Origin: Parcubacteria group bacterium M10-OD1-1
GTDB taxonomy: Bacteria; Patescibacteriota; Minisyncoccia; Moranbacterales; UBA2206
Assembly: GCA_003056145.1 (NCBI GenBank)
Contig: LSNL01000005.1
Coordinates: forward strand, 20,240 to 84,239
Direction of reading: 5' to 3'
Length of the DNA: 64,000 bases
Numbering within the stretch: the first letter of the stretch is position 1; each line of letters begins with the position of its first letter. The translations under genes were made by a program, and so were the position numbers. The notes below the pieces were generated by a model. The model ran no database searches. It saw only the letters and a program-made list of their open reading frames with translations, and was not told the DNA's origin. This document shows, piece after piece, positions 49,124-59,225 of this stretch.

Positions 49124-49540
49124 TTAGCAACCCTTGTCTGGTAAATAACCTTTAGATTGTGCTTCTTTTTTACTCTTAAAGCAAATTTTATTTTTAGCTT
49201 TAATCCGTTTTACCCACCGACAATTTGGCAGATGATAAGTATGAGAATTCTTGCTAGCTACATAAGCACATTGAGAAGAAACGGGAGTTTTTAAGTTGAC
49301 TGATGAAATTTTTTTCTTCTCGCTTAAGCTTTTAATATTTTGTGTTTTTTGAGAAGTTGTTAATTGATTTGAAAAATTTATAGGTTTTTCAATTATAAGA
49401 GGATTTTTAAAATCATTTTTTCCTTGAATAATCCCAATTTCTAAAGAGATAATTGCTATCAAAACAAAGCCAATCATTAAAATAATTTTCTGATCATTTT
49501 TTAACCAAAACTCTTTAATTTTTCCTTTTATTTTTTTCAT
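49124..49540 (-). CDS. Membrane-anchored protein with Ada-like metal-binding domain
   Basis: TM helix, linker, YVASKNSHTYHLPNC...ICFKSKKEAQSKGYLP. Confidence 0.75.
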   Translation of the reverse strand: MKKIKGKIKEFWLKNDQKIILMIGFVLIAIISLEIGIIQGKNDFKNPLIIEKPINFSNQLTTSQKTQNIKSLSEKKKISSVNLKTPVSSQCAYVASKNSHTYHLPNCRWVKRIKAKNKICFKSKKEAQSKGYLPDKGC

Positions 49541-49550
49541 TTCTCTTTAA

Positions 49551-49579
49551 TTGACATTATAGCACACTATTGCTACAAT
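49551..49579 (+). promoter_or_regulatory. sigma70 promoter for rpmA
   Basis: TTGACA-17-TACAAT with extended TGn. Confidence 0.75.
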
Positions 49580-49632
49580 AAGACTTGTATTATTAAATTA
49601 TCAAAATTTATTTTAATTACTAAATTAATCAT

Positions 49633-49905
49633 ATGGCTCATCGTAAAGCAGGTGGTTCTACTCAATTAGGTCGTGATTCAATATCTAAAAGACTAGGGGT
49701 AAAAAAATTTGGTGGAGAAGTTATTAAAACTGGTCAAATAATTCTTAGACAAAGAGGAACTAAATTTAGACCAGGAGAAAATGTTGGTCGTGGAGGTGAC
49801 GATACACTTTTTGCTAAAAAAGATGGCAATGTAAAGTTTAAAACCAAAAAAGTAGAATTATTTACTGGGAAATTAAAAACTAAAAAAATTGTTTCTGTTG
49901 AATAA
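49633..49905 (+). CDS. rpmA: 50S ribosomal protein L27
   Basis: [25 protein letters not shown]. Confidence 0.98.
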   Translation: MAHRKAGGSTQLGRDSISKRLGVKKFGGEVIKTGQIILRQRGTKFRPGENVGRGGDDTLFAKKDGNVKFKTKKVELFTGKLKTKKIVSVE

Positions 49906-49928
49906 ATGATAATCTTTTTTAGTTTAAC

Positions 49929-49959
49929 AAAAATAGGTTCTTGATTGGATCTATTTTTT
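49929..49959 (+). terminator. Terminator after rpmA
   Basis: AAAAATAGGTTC / GGATCTATTTTTT hairpin with G-U pairs. Confidence 0.6.
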
Positions 49960-50019
49960 GTTGTAAATTATAATTTTTTATGGTATAGTATACTTATAAA
50001 AAATAAACTTCTTAAATTC

Positions 50020-50475
50020 ATGAATAAATCTATTCCTAGCCGTTGGGCTATAATAATAATTATAATAATAGCTATTATTTCTGGATCTTATCTTTTTATT
50101 AAATTAAAAGAATTTAATTATTCTACCCAAATATCCGCTCCTGTTGCCATTTCTAAAATAAAAAAAATCAAACCTAAAAATATTTGTTCTATTCATGCTT
50201 ATAAAGGTAAAGCGAAAATTAAAGTTTGGAAAAGTCAAAAAGATGGTGCTGAAGTGCTAATAATTAATAACGCGGACTTAGCTAAACTTCCTACTAACGC
50301 CATAACTTATTTTAAATTAATTGATGCTTCTAAAAAATTAGAACAAAAATTAGCGACTACTTCAAAAAAGAATCCAGTTACTATCCTAATAACCGGCTTA
50401 TTATCTAGATGCCATAATCAAATTCCGCTTGCTTGCTTGAAGTACAAAAAGAACATTTTTCATTCATATCTCTAG
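50020..50475 (+). CDS. Hypothetical membrane-anchored exported protein
   Basis: ATG 50020, poly-Ile TM anchor, three Cys in the C-terminal domain. Confidence 0.65.
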   Translation: MNKSIPSRWAIIIIIIIAIISGSYLFIKLKEFNYSTQISAPVAISKIKKIKPKNICSIHAYKGKAKIKVWKSQKDGAEVLIINNADLAKLPTNAITYFKLIDASKKLEQKLATTSKKNPVTILITGLLSRCHNQIPLACLKYKKNIFHSYL

Positions 50476-50502
50476 GCTTATCAATTAATCTTTTTCAAGA
50501 TT

Positions 50503-50538
50503 AAAGAAAAACTCTTCTCAATAGAAGAGTTTTTCTTT
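50503..50538. terminator. Bidirectional terminator
   Basis: 16-bp perfect repeat AAAGAAAAACTCTTCT-CAAT-AGAAGAGTTTTTCTTT between convergent genes. Confidence 0.85.
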
Positions 50539-50563
50539 GGATTTTCTTTAGTTTGTTCCTCTA

Positions 50564-52213
50564 TTAATTAATTTTATTCTTTTGCGCGAAACTAGCTTTA
50601 ATAAATTTAAGGAATAAGGGGTGTGATCTAAAAGGACTAGATTTTAATTCTGGATGAAACTGCGTGGCTAAAAAGAATGGATGAGTAGTTATTGGTAATT
50701 CAGTTATTTCCATTAATTTTTCATCTGGTGATTGACCAGAGAATATCAAACCATTTTTCTCTAATCTATCAATATAGACTGGGTTAACTTCCCAACGATG
50801 ACGATGTCGCTCGGAAATTTTAGTAGTTTTATAAGCCGAATAAGCTAGCGTATCTTTTTTTATTTTAGCAGGATAAGCACCTAATCTCATTGTTGCTCCA
50901 TAATTATTATCATCTAAATTCTTTTTTTGTTCAGACATAATATCTATAACTGGATTTTTAGTTTTCCTATCAATCTCTGTTGTATTAGCATCTTTAATGC
51001 CTAAAACATTTCTCGCATATTCAATAACTGTTAGTTGCATCCCATAGCACAATCCTAAAAAGGGAATTTTATTTTTTCTCAAAAATTCTATAGTTTTTAT
51101 CTTTCCTTCTATTCCCCTCGCTCCAAAACCTCCAGGAACCACTACACCATCATATTCTTTTAGCTCTTCTAATTTTTGCGGATTTTTTTCAAAGACTTCA
51201 CTATCAATCCAACCGATTTCTGGTTTAAGCTTTTGTTTATAGGCTGCATGTTTAATAGCTTCAATTACACTAATATAGGCATCAGAAAGAAGAAAGCTTC
51301 CTGTTCCAAAATATTTACCCACTATCCCAATTTTTACTTTTTCTTTAGCCTCTTTAATATTATCAACTAAATCATACCATTTTTTTAAGTCAGTTTTTCT
51401 GCTATAAGAAAGTCCTAATTTTTTAAGTAGCAAGCGACTAAGATCATCCCGCTCAAAATTAACTGGCACTTTATAGATACTATCTACATCTGGAGCGCTA
51501 ATGACATATTGCTCTGAAATATTACAGAAAAGAGAAATTTTTTCTTTCCTTTTCTTATCTAAAGCTATTTCACTTCTGGCAATTATAAAATCAGGTTGGA
51601 TACCAGTTCCATTTAAAGTTCTTACGGCGTGTTGAGTCGGTTTAGTTTTCATCTCTCCAATTTTAGAAGGGATCGGAACCCAGCTTAGCATAACCGTTAG
51701 AACATCCTCTGGATTTTTTAATTTCATAATTCTAATCGCTTCCATAAACAATATATTTTCATATTCCCCTACCGTTCCGCCAATTTCTATAATAGTAACA
51801 TCTGACTTAGCTTTAACAGAAGCTTTTTTTATCTTAGCAATAATTTCTAAAGGAATATGAGGAACTACTTGAACACATTTACCTTTATATTCTAAATTTC
51901 TTTCCTTTCTAATAACTTCTTCATAGACTCTCCCCGTAGTCATATAATTATCATTAGGTAGAGTTATATCTAGAAATCTTTCATAATTTCCCATGTCCTG
52001 ATCAGTTTCATAACCATCATTTAAAACAAAAACTTCTCCATGTTCAGTAGGATTCATTGTGCCAGCATCTACATTGATATAGGGGTCCACCTTCATTGCT
52101 GTAACTTCATAACCTCTAGCTTTTAAAATAGCCCCAATAGAAGCTGAGGCCACTCCCTTTCCAATACCGCTCATAATTCCTCCGACAACAAATATATATT
52201 TTCTGTTTTTCAT
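50564..52213 (-). CDS. pyrG: CTP synthase
   Basis: GGIMSGIGKG, EIGGTVG, KTKPTQH, GLCYGMQ, ERHRHR, QFHPE. Confidence 0.98.
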   Translation of the reverse strand: MKNRKYIFVVGGIMSGIGKGVASASIGAILKARGYEVTAMKVDPYINVDAGTMNPTEHGEVFVLNDGYETDQDMGNYERFLDITLPNDNYMTTGRVYEEVIRKERNLEYKGKCVQVVPHIPLEIIAKIKKASVKAKSDVTIIEIGGTVGEYENILFMEAIRIMKLKNPEDVLTVMLSWVPIPSKIGEMKTKPTQHAVRTLNGTGIQPDFIIARSEIALDKKRKEKISLFCNISEQYVISAPDVDSIYKVPVNFERDDLSRLLLKKLGLSYSRKTDLKKWYDLVDNIKEAKEKVKIGIVGKYFGTGSFLLSDAYISVIEAIKHAAYKQKLKPEIGWIDSEVFEKNPQKLEELKEYDGVVVPGGFGARGIEGKIKTIEFLRKNKIPFLGLCYGMQLTVIEYARNVLGIKDANTTEIDRKTKNPVIDIMSEQKKNLDDNNYGATMRLGAYPAKIKKDTLAYSAYKTTKISERHRHRWEVNPVYIDRLEKNGLIFSGQSPDEKLMEITELPITTHPFFLATQFHPELKSSPFRSHPLFLKFIKASFAQKNKIN

Positions 52214-52302
52214 TTTAAAATTTGAATTATCATTTTCGTGTATTATTTTAAAATACCCGAAAAGAATTCTTGTTGATTAAATAATATACTAAAAAATACA
52301 AA

Positions 52303-52328
52303 CAAAAAGTCGCTCCCCCTGCGACTTT
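52303..52328 (-). terminator. Terminator after rplI
   Basis: Minus strand AAAGTCGC-AGGGGGA-GCGACTTTTTG. Confidence 0.7.
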
Positions 52329-52348
52329 AATAAATTTATAAGTTTCAA

Positions 52349-52789
52349 TTAGTGTTCTTTCACTATTACTATTATTTCAGCTGAAATTTTTCTTCCTAAT
52401 TCTATTTTTACTTTATACTCACCTAATCGTTTAATACTTTCCTTCATTATAATAGATTTTTCTAAAATATCCAAATTTTCTTTTTTTAAAGCTTTTTCTA
52501 TTTCCTTAGCGCCAACTGAACCAAAAAGCTTCCCTTCTTTAGATTTAGATAAAATAATTATTTTTTTATTATTCAATTTTTGAGCTAATTGTTGAATTTT
52601 TTGTTTATTCTCTAATTCTAATTGATTTATTTTTTCTTGTTGTCGTTTAGTTTCTTGAATAGTTTTTTCAGTCGCGATTTGAGCTAATTTTTTTGGCAAT
52701 AGAAAATTTCTAGCATAACCTTCAGCGACTTCTTTTAATTCTCCTCTTTTTCCTAATTTTTTAACATCTTGTACAAGGATTATCTTCAT
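52349..52789 (-). CDS. rplI: 50S ribosomal protein L9
   Basis: [31 protein letters not shown]. Confidence 0.97.
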   Translation of the reverse strand: MKIILVQDVKKLGKRGELKEVAEGYARNFLLPKKLAQIATEKTIQETKRQQEKINQLELENKQKIQQLAQKLNNKKIIILSKSKEGKLFGSVGAKEIEKALKKENLDILEKSIIMKESIKRLGEYKVKIELGRKISAEIIVIVKEH

Positions 52790-52807
52790 AGTTTTATTCT
52801 TAAAAAT

Positions 52808-54196
52808 TTATTTTAATTTACTTTTAATTACTGACAAAGCTTTAGCGAGTTGTGGATCCTGATGTTTTTTATAATCATTAAGAGTAAAATCAACTTTAAT
52901 ATCTGGTTGAATACCTTTTTTCATTATATAATCACCGTTAGGAGTTAACCATTTAGCTACAGTTATCTTGATACTTGAGCCTCCTGGTAGATCCATTAAT
53001 TGTTGCACACTTCCTTTTCCAAAAGACTTTTTTCCGATAAGCGTTATCCCTCTATCATCCTTAAGTGCTCCAGCTAATATTTCAGCAGCACTAGCACTTC
53101 CTTCATTAATTAATACTACCATTGGAATAGAACTCAATTTATCTCCTCCTAAAGTATAAAGGGCTTCCTTCTTGCCAGCACTATTTTCTTCTGAAACTAC
53201 TACTTTCCCCTTAGGTATCATCCTACTAGCAATAGATACGGCCTTATCTAAAAGTCCTCCTGGGTCATTTCTTAAATCTAAAATTATACCCTTGCTTCCC
53301 TTTTCTAGAATTTTGTTAGTAGCTTCATCAAATTCTTTAGCTGTATTCTCAGAAAATTTAGTAATTCGGACATAAGCAATTTGATCTTTTTTAAATTTTA
53401 ATTTAACACTCTTAATCTCAATAATGTCTCTCTTAATAGTGATCTCACTAGTTTTTTTATCTCCTTGATGAAGAACTGTTAAAATCACCTTAGTTCCTTT
53501 TTTCCCTCTAATCAAGTTAACTGCTTGGTCAATTGGTAGACCAGCTATTACATTATTGTTAACTTTTAATATTTTATCTCCGCTTCTTAAGCCTGCCCTT
53601 TTAGCTGGTGAACCGTCTAACGGAGTAACTACTGTCAACATATAGTCTTTCATTCCTAATTCTGCGCCAATCCCTTCAAAACTTCCTTTAATATCTTGAG
53701 AAAAATCTTTACTTTGTTTAGGATTAAAGAAGTCAGTATAGGGATCACCAGTCGCTTTTAGCATACCATTAATTGCTCCATAAATCATTTTTTGAGCATT
53801 TAGTTTATTCCTGTCAATATGTTTTTCTTTCACTAAATCCCAGACTTTCCAAAAAAGAGAAAAATCTACCGTTTTATCAGGAGATAATTTATGCTGAATA
53901 AAAACTTTATCTAGAGGAATTTTTCCACTATCAGAAGAAAAACTGCTTTCTCCTTTTTTTAATCCTAAGAAAAAGCTACCTGCAATCAAAAAAATAACAA
54001 TAAAAAGAAGGAGGTATTTTTTAAAGATTTTCCGATTAGCTTCTAAATTATTTTCTTCTTTTTTTAAAGCTATTAAGTGTTCAGATAGTTCTTTTGATTT
54101 TTCAATCGTTGTTGTTTCTTCAAGATTAATTTTTTCAATTTTTCCTTGTTCTTTGTCCAACTCATTTTTATTTATTTGCTTAAATTTTTCTTCCAT
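52808..54196 (-). CDS. ctpA: C-terminal processing protease (S41, PDZ)
   Basis: DPYT, FEGIGA, LDLRNDPGG, SASAAEI, KSFGKGSVQ. Confidence 0.93.
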   Translation of the reverse strand: MEEKFKQINKNELDKEQGKIEKINLEETTTIEKSKELSEHLIALKKEENNLEANRKIFKKYLLLFIVIFLIAGSFFLGLKKGESSFSSDSGKIPLDKVFIQHKLSPDKTVDFSLFWKVWDLVKEKHIDRNKLNAQKMIYGAINGMLKATGDPYTDFFNPKQSKDFSQDIKGSFEGIGAELGMKDYMLTVVTPLDGSPAKRAGLRSGDKILKVNNNVIAGLPIDQAVNLIRGKKGTKVILTVLHQGDKKTSEITIKRDIIEIKSVKLKFKKDQIAYVRITKFSENTAKEFDEATNKILEKGSKGIILDLRNDPGGLLDKAVSIASRMIPKGKVVVSEENSAGKKEALYTLGGDKLSSIPMVVLINEGSASAAEILAGALKDDRGITLIGKKSFGKGSVQQLMDLPGGSSIKITVAKWLTPNGDYIMKKGIQPDIKVDFTLNDYKKHQDPQLAKALSVIKSKLK

Positions 54197-54238
54197 TATA
54201 GTTTTTATTAAATTTATTTTTTATTGACTAAACTACTT

Positions 54239-55048
54239 TTAATTGTGTTTAGGTAAAGGCTTACCTAAATATTCCCCAAAAAATATAATAGCACTTTTAA
54301 TATGAATCCAGGTTAATTTATTAAATAAAAGTGACTGGATAACTCCTTTTCCAACAGAACCACGCCCATGATAATGATACATCTCAGAAGTTGGCAAATA
54401 AATTATTTTCCAACCATTATCCCAAAACCTTCTACACCAATCTGTATCTTCAAAATACATTTTAAATTTTTCATTCATTAGACCAACTTTTTTGATGGCT
54501 TTTCTGCTAGTCATCAAAGCAGAACCCATCAGCCAATCAACTTCTTTTTCTTCTTGATGATTAAATTCTTTCATTAAAAAACTATCTAAGTTTTTTTTAG
54601 CGAACCAGAGCCTACCTAAAAAAGTTCTTCGATAAATTATAGTCAAAGGAGTAGGAAATCTCAGACAAGAATATTGGAGAGTAGTATTGAAATTTAATAA
54701 TTTAGGACCAACTATTCCTACTTTAGGATTATTTTCTATATAGTTAAGTAGCCTTTCAATAGCCTTATCCTTAACAATAATATCTCCATTTAAAATTAGA
54801 ATGAATTCTCCTTGACTAGTATTGTAACCTTTTTTGACTAGTCTTCCAAATCCAATATTTTTTTCAGAAGGAATAAATTTAATTTCAGGAAAATATTCCT
54901 TCATCATTAATTCTGACCGTTCTTCTGTAGCGCTATCTACGACAATAATTTCAAAATCTGTTAAAATTAAATTTTTTTTGATAGAATTTAAACAAACTTT
55001 AAGTAATTCGGGATTTTTATAACTAGTAACAATAATAGAAAGTTTCAT
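54239..55048 (-). CDS. GT2 glycosyltransferase (WbbL/rhamnosyltransferase-like)
   Basis: LSIIVTSY, NIGFG, LNGD, DWLMGS, MYFEDTDWC. Confidence 0.9.
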   Translation of the reverse strand: MKLSIIVTSYKNPELLKVCLNSIKKNLILTDFEIIVVDSATEERSELMMKEYFPEIKFIPSEKNIGFGRLVKKGYNTSQGEFILILNGDIIVKDKAIERLLNYIENNPKVGIVGPKLLNFNTTLQYSCLRFPTPLTIIYRRTFLGRLWFAKKNLDSFLMKEFNHQEEKEVDWLMGSALMTSRKAIKKVGLMNEKFKMYFEDTDWCRRFWDNGWKIIYLPTSEMYHYHGRGSVGKGVIQSLLFNKLTWIHIKSAIIFFGEYLGKPLPKHN

Positions 55049-55078
55049 CGTTTATCTTTTTAATTATCTTAATAACAC

Positions 55079-56320
55079 TTAGTCAGAAGAAGATTTTTTA
55101 TTTTCTTGTAAATTTGAATTAAAAATATTTTGAAAAAGATTTTGAATTTTATTATAATTATTGCCCTTAAGTAAAAGAATATCGCCAAAAGTAGCATCTT
55201 TTTTACCATAAACTAAGCCAGTCTGAGAATTATCACTACTGTCTATAACTCTTTGGTATAGTTGATAACCTTGCATTTTTTTATACAAATCGTAAAAGCG
55301 TTTCATCTCCCATATCTGCATATCAGTTTTTACATTATCACCTAAATTATTAAGAATTCCATTTAACTTAGCAAAATTAGTTAAGGTTCCAGCACTAAGT
55401 AATTGATTTTTAACTGCTTGCAAAACTTCTTGTTGTCGCTTAGCCCGTTTAAAATCATTAGAAGTTTCTCTAGAACGAGCGTAGCAAAGAGCGTCGGTAG
55501 AATTTAAAATATGAGTGCCAGCACTTAATTTAAAAACACCATTACATTCTGGATGAGCATTAGTACATAAAGGATAGCTCTTTATAATCCTCTTTCTTTT
55601 TATTTTTTTAGTTCCTGGAAAATAAACATTGACTGTTTTATTTTCATACTTTCCGGTTGGAATGGTAAAAGTAGTTTTATCACAAACTTGAGGTTGATTA
55701 AATTGAACTGATTCTTCAAATGGTTTGTCTAGAGTTATTTTTACTCCACCAATTATATCAATAATTTTTTTAAAGCCATTAAAATTTATAACTACAGCGT
55801 AATGAATTGGGATACCAGTAATAGAACTAATAGTCTTTTCCATATATTTTATTCCCTGCCCATTTCCCTTTCTTTCCCCATAAGCATACACAGCATTGAG
55901 TTTTGTCTTATAACCAACGGCTGAATTATCAACAAATAAGTCACGAGGAATAGAGATTAATGCCACTTTTTTCATTTTTGGTTCTACACTAAGAATCATT
56001 ATTGTATCTGCTAAAGTTCCTCCAGCTGGATCGTTGGCACCTCGCATACCCAAAAGTAAAACATTAATTCTTCCCTCTTTTTCACCTTTTAGTTGATTAT
56101 CAACACCAGGAATATTATGTACCAAAGTTTGAAAGATTCCACCATTGGAAATCTTTTTGAAAAAACTATCAGCTTTCCATAAAAAAATTCCTCCACCAAT
56201 AATAAGAATAATAGCTATAACAGCTATTATTTTAAACCATTTGGCTTGATAAAATTTTTTATTTTTTTCTTTTTGAATATTATTACTTCTAACGAATTGT
56301 TTTTTTCCTATATAAGACAT
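55079..56320 (-). CDS. LCP (LytR-CpsA-Psr) family glycopolymer transferase
   Basis: NVLLLG, ADTIM, SIPRDL, KLNAVY, YARSR, DFKRAKRQQ. Confidence 0.93.
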   Translation of the reverse strand: MSYIGKKQFVRSNNIQKEKNKKFYQAKWFKIIAVIAIILIIGGGIFLWKADSFFKKISNGGIFQTLVHNIPGVDNQLKGEKEGRINVLLLGMRGANDPAGGTLADTIMILSVEPKMKKVALISIPRDLFVDNSAVGYKTKLNAVYAYGERKGNGQGIKYMEKTISSITGIPIHYAVVINFNGFKKIIDIIGGVKITLDKPFEESVQFNQPQVCDKTTFTIPTGKYENKTVNVYFPGTKKIKRKRIIKSYPLCTNAHPECNGVFKLSAGTHILNSTDALCYARSRETSNDFKRAKRQQEVLQAVKNQLLSAGTLTNFAKLNGILNNLGDNVKTDMQIWEMKRFYDLYKKMQGYQLYQRVIDSSDNSQTGLVYGKKDATFGDILLLKGNNYNKIQNLFQNIFNSNLQENKKSSSD

Positions 56321-56445
56321 AAATTTTTTTCTTTTTTTAATAAACTGTTTTTTATTTAAAAACGCAACCCTTTAATAATAATTTTATTGTACGCTAAACC
56401 TAGTTGTTGGTCAAACAAAATTTCATTTATATTTTCTTAATAAAA

Positions 56446-57591
56446 CTAAAGTTTTTCAAAAATTTTTAATAATTTTTCAGCTGTTTTTAACCAAGAAAAA
56501 TTATTAATTTGGAGAATACCTTTATTAACTAATTCTTCCTGCAACTGTTTATTATTAATAATTTTTTTTATTTTTTCTGCTAATTCACTGCTATCGCTAG
56601 GATTAAAAAATAATACCGCCCCTCCAGCTATTTCTCGATGAGGAGGTATATCTGAAGCTAAAACAGGAACTTTCATCGCTAAAGCTTCCAGGATAGGCAT
56701 TCCAAAACCTTCATAAAATGACGGGAAACAAAATATTTGTGCACTAGCTATAAAAGATGGTTTGTCTTGGTCTGCTATATAACCAGCGAAAATAACTCCT
56801 CCTTCTAATTTTTCTTCTGCAATTACTCTATCAATTTTTTTGTCATAATTATATCCTTTCACTCCAGCTAAAACTAATTTCGGTTTCTCACCAATAAAAT
56901 CTTTATTCGCTAAAAATTGAGCATAAGCCCTCAAAAGAACAGGAACATTTTTTCTTGGTTGTAAAGTTCCCATATATAAAATAAATTTAGCTGGTAATTT
57001 ATATTTTATTTGAACTTTTTCAATCTCTATTTGATTAATAGGTTGGTAAAAATTTTGAGCTATGGAATTATAAATCCAAGTCACTTTTTCTGATTTAACT
57101 TTATAATATTTAATAATTTCTTGATGAGTAAATTGTGAAACTCCAATAATTTTATCAGCTCTTTTTATACTTAAAGGTATTAATATTTTCAAAAAAATTA
57201 AATCTGACCATTTAATAAATTGTGAGAAAAAATTAAAAGAAATATCATGAATGATAGTAATAATTTTTATTTTTTTCTTAACAAAAAAAGGCGTAATATA
57301 TTGAGTAAGATAGATATCTACCGGATTTTTTCTTAAATATTTTGGTAAAGTCCAAAAATTCCAGCTAAATTTATTTTGAGTTTTTAAAGTAATAATTTGA
57401 AAATTTTCTTTAGCCTGAATAGCTAATTCTTTTTTTATTGTAGCTATTATTTTTTTTTCTAGAATATCAGTAAAAAGATAGTAACTATTTTCTTGATCAA
57501 TAAGCGCTAGATTTTTAACTATATTAAAAAAAACCGCTTCATCCCCTGTTCGTTTTTTCCCAACATTCCTAATATCAATTCCAATTTTCAT
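56446..57591 (-). CDS. GT4 glycosyltransferase (MtfB-like)
   Basis: MKIGID, GTLQPRKN, PSFYEGFGMPILEA. Confidence 0.93.
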   Translation of the reverse strand: MKIGIDIRNVGKKRTGDEAVFFNIVKNLALIDQENSYYLFTDILEKKIIATIKKELAIQAKENFQIITLKTQNKFSWNFWTLPKYLRKNPVDIYLTQYITPFFVKKKIKIITIIHDISFNFFSQFIKWSDLIFLKILIPLSIKRADKIIGVSQFTHQEIIKYYKVKSEKVTWIYNSIAQNFYQPINQIEIEKVQIKYKLPAKFILYMGTLQPRKNVPVLLRAYAQFLANKDFIGEKPKLVLAGVKGYNYDKKIDRVIAEEKLEGGVIFAGYIADQDKPSFIASAQIFCFPSFYEGFGMPILEALAMKVPVLASDIPPHREIAGGAVLFFNPSDSSELAEKIKKIINNKQLQEELVNKGILQINNFSWLKTAEKLLKIFEKL

Positions 57592-57623
57592 ATTTTTTTT
57601 GATTTATTTTTTAGAAACTATTT

Positions 57624-59225
57624 TTAAAAAAAGCTCGTTCCCTTACTTGAATAAGCTAATAAAGAAACACTTACCCCTAACCAAACCCACCAAAATCCCA
57701 ATAAAATTCCAGAATTAAATAAATTAGGGATAATTATAGCCAACCAACTAATAATAATAAACATCATTAAAGTTTTTTGTAAGTGTTTTTGAGTAAGAAA
57801 GAATTTTTTAATAGACAGATAAAAAATAGAAGCTATTAAAAGTAAAAAGGTTATTATTCCTAAAATACCAGAGCTCAGCCAAACCTCTAAAAAAATATTA
57901 GAAGAATTTAAGGCATTCCCTAATTTATCTTTTCCTAAAATTATCCCTATATTTCCCCAGCCAATACCCAGAAAAGGATGCTTTTTAATTTCTTGCCAAG
58001 ATTGCTTGTAAATCTGAGAACGAATATTAACCGTTGGGTCAACTCTTTTAATTTCTGTTACAAATTGACCAGCTTCTTGTTCTTTTTTAATAGCTTCCAA
58101 TTTTATATAACGACAATGATATTTTTTCAATTCGTCCATTTTATTGATTAGCCCTTGAGCTAAAAGTTGAGTAGGTTTTTTTGGACAAGCAATAGTTATT
58201 TTTTGCAGTCCCGATCCAACACTTCGAGCTCTATTAAATAATTGGAAATTAGTTAAATGTAAACTCATAATCAACACTAGACTAAAAATACCAAGACTAG
58301 AAAAAAGTATTAAAGTTTGCCAAAAAACTTTAGTTTTAAAACTAATTCCTACTAAAACTAAAAAAACTAGGAAACTAATTAAAGCTCCTAGCCAAGCACT
58401 TCTACTGACTGTTAAAATTAAATCTATCTCGGCCAAAACTAAACCAGTTAATAGAAAAAATTTTGTTGTTTTTAAAAAATTAAACTTTGGTTTTTCTACA
58501 CCTAAAATAAAATACCAACTAGCATAAAGAACGCTTAGAAAAACTGCAATAAAGATACCCAACCAATCTGGTTCGGTAAAGGTAGCATTTGGCCTACCAG
58601 GCATTACTTCTAGCCCTGATTGATTATAGATAAAATTAATATTTTGCCAAAGTCCAAACAGAAGAATTATTATTGAAGAACTAAAAAAATAAGGAAGTAG
58701 CCTTTTTAAAGCGTTGAAAGATTTTAAATAAATTCTAATTAAAAAATAGAAAGCAATAAAAGAAATTATTACCACAACTATTTTAAAAGATTCTCTTGTC
58801 CAAGAGCTAAAGAGGCTTAAAAAGTTAGTTAAACCAAAAATCACCACTAACCAATCCAACCAAATAAACTTCAACCTTGAAAAAAGAGCTTTTCTCTTAA
58901 AAGATAGACTAATCAAAGCTATTAAAATTAATGTCCCTAAAATTTGATATGGGCGCAGGGCTATACCCAATTCCTTCGGCGCTAAATTAATATTTTCTAA
59001 AACTAAGGTTCCAATAAAAAAACCCACCATCCAACTCGGTCGATAAAGAGATAAAAGAAAAACCAAACTAATAAAAAAAATAAAATCTCCTAACTGAATA
59101 GAGATAACCCCCATTTGATTCAAGAGAATGAGAAAAAAAACCAAAAAAATATTAGTTAGTAATAGATAACTTTTTAGAGAATTTATTTTTTGAATAAAAA
59201 TTTTTATTTTATTAACTATCAGCAT
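57624..59225 (-). CDS. O-antigen ligase/Wzy family membrane protein
   Basis: RPNATFTEPDW, LTVSRSAW, HPFLGIGWG; many TMs. Confidence 0.88.
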   Translation of the reverse strand: MLIVNKIKIFIQKINSLKSYLLLTNIFLVFFLILLNQMGVISIQLGDFIFFISLVFLLSLYRPSWMVGFFIGTLVLENINLAPKELGIALRPYQILGTLILIALISLSFKRKALFSRLKFIWLDWLVVIFGLTNFLSLFSSWTRESFKIVVVIISFIAFYFLIRIYLKSFNALKRLLPYFFSSSIIILLFGLWQNINFIYNQSGLEVMPGRPNATFTEPDWLGIFIAVFLSVLYASWYFILGVEKPKFNFLKTTKFFLLTGLVLAEIDLILTVSRSAWLGALISFLVFLVLVGISFKTKVFWQTLILFSSLGIFSLVLIMSLHLTNFQLFNRARSVGSGLQKITIACPKKPTQLLAQGLINKMDELKKYHCRYIKLEAIKKEQEAGQFVTEIKRVDPTVNIRSQIYKQSWQEIKKHPFLGIGWGNIGIILGKDKLGNALNSSNIFLEVWLSSGILGIITFLLLIASIFYLSIKKFFLTQKHLQKTLMMFIIISWLAIIIPNLFNSGILLGFWWVWLGVSVSLLAYSSKGTSFF

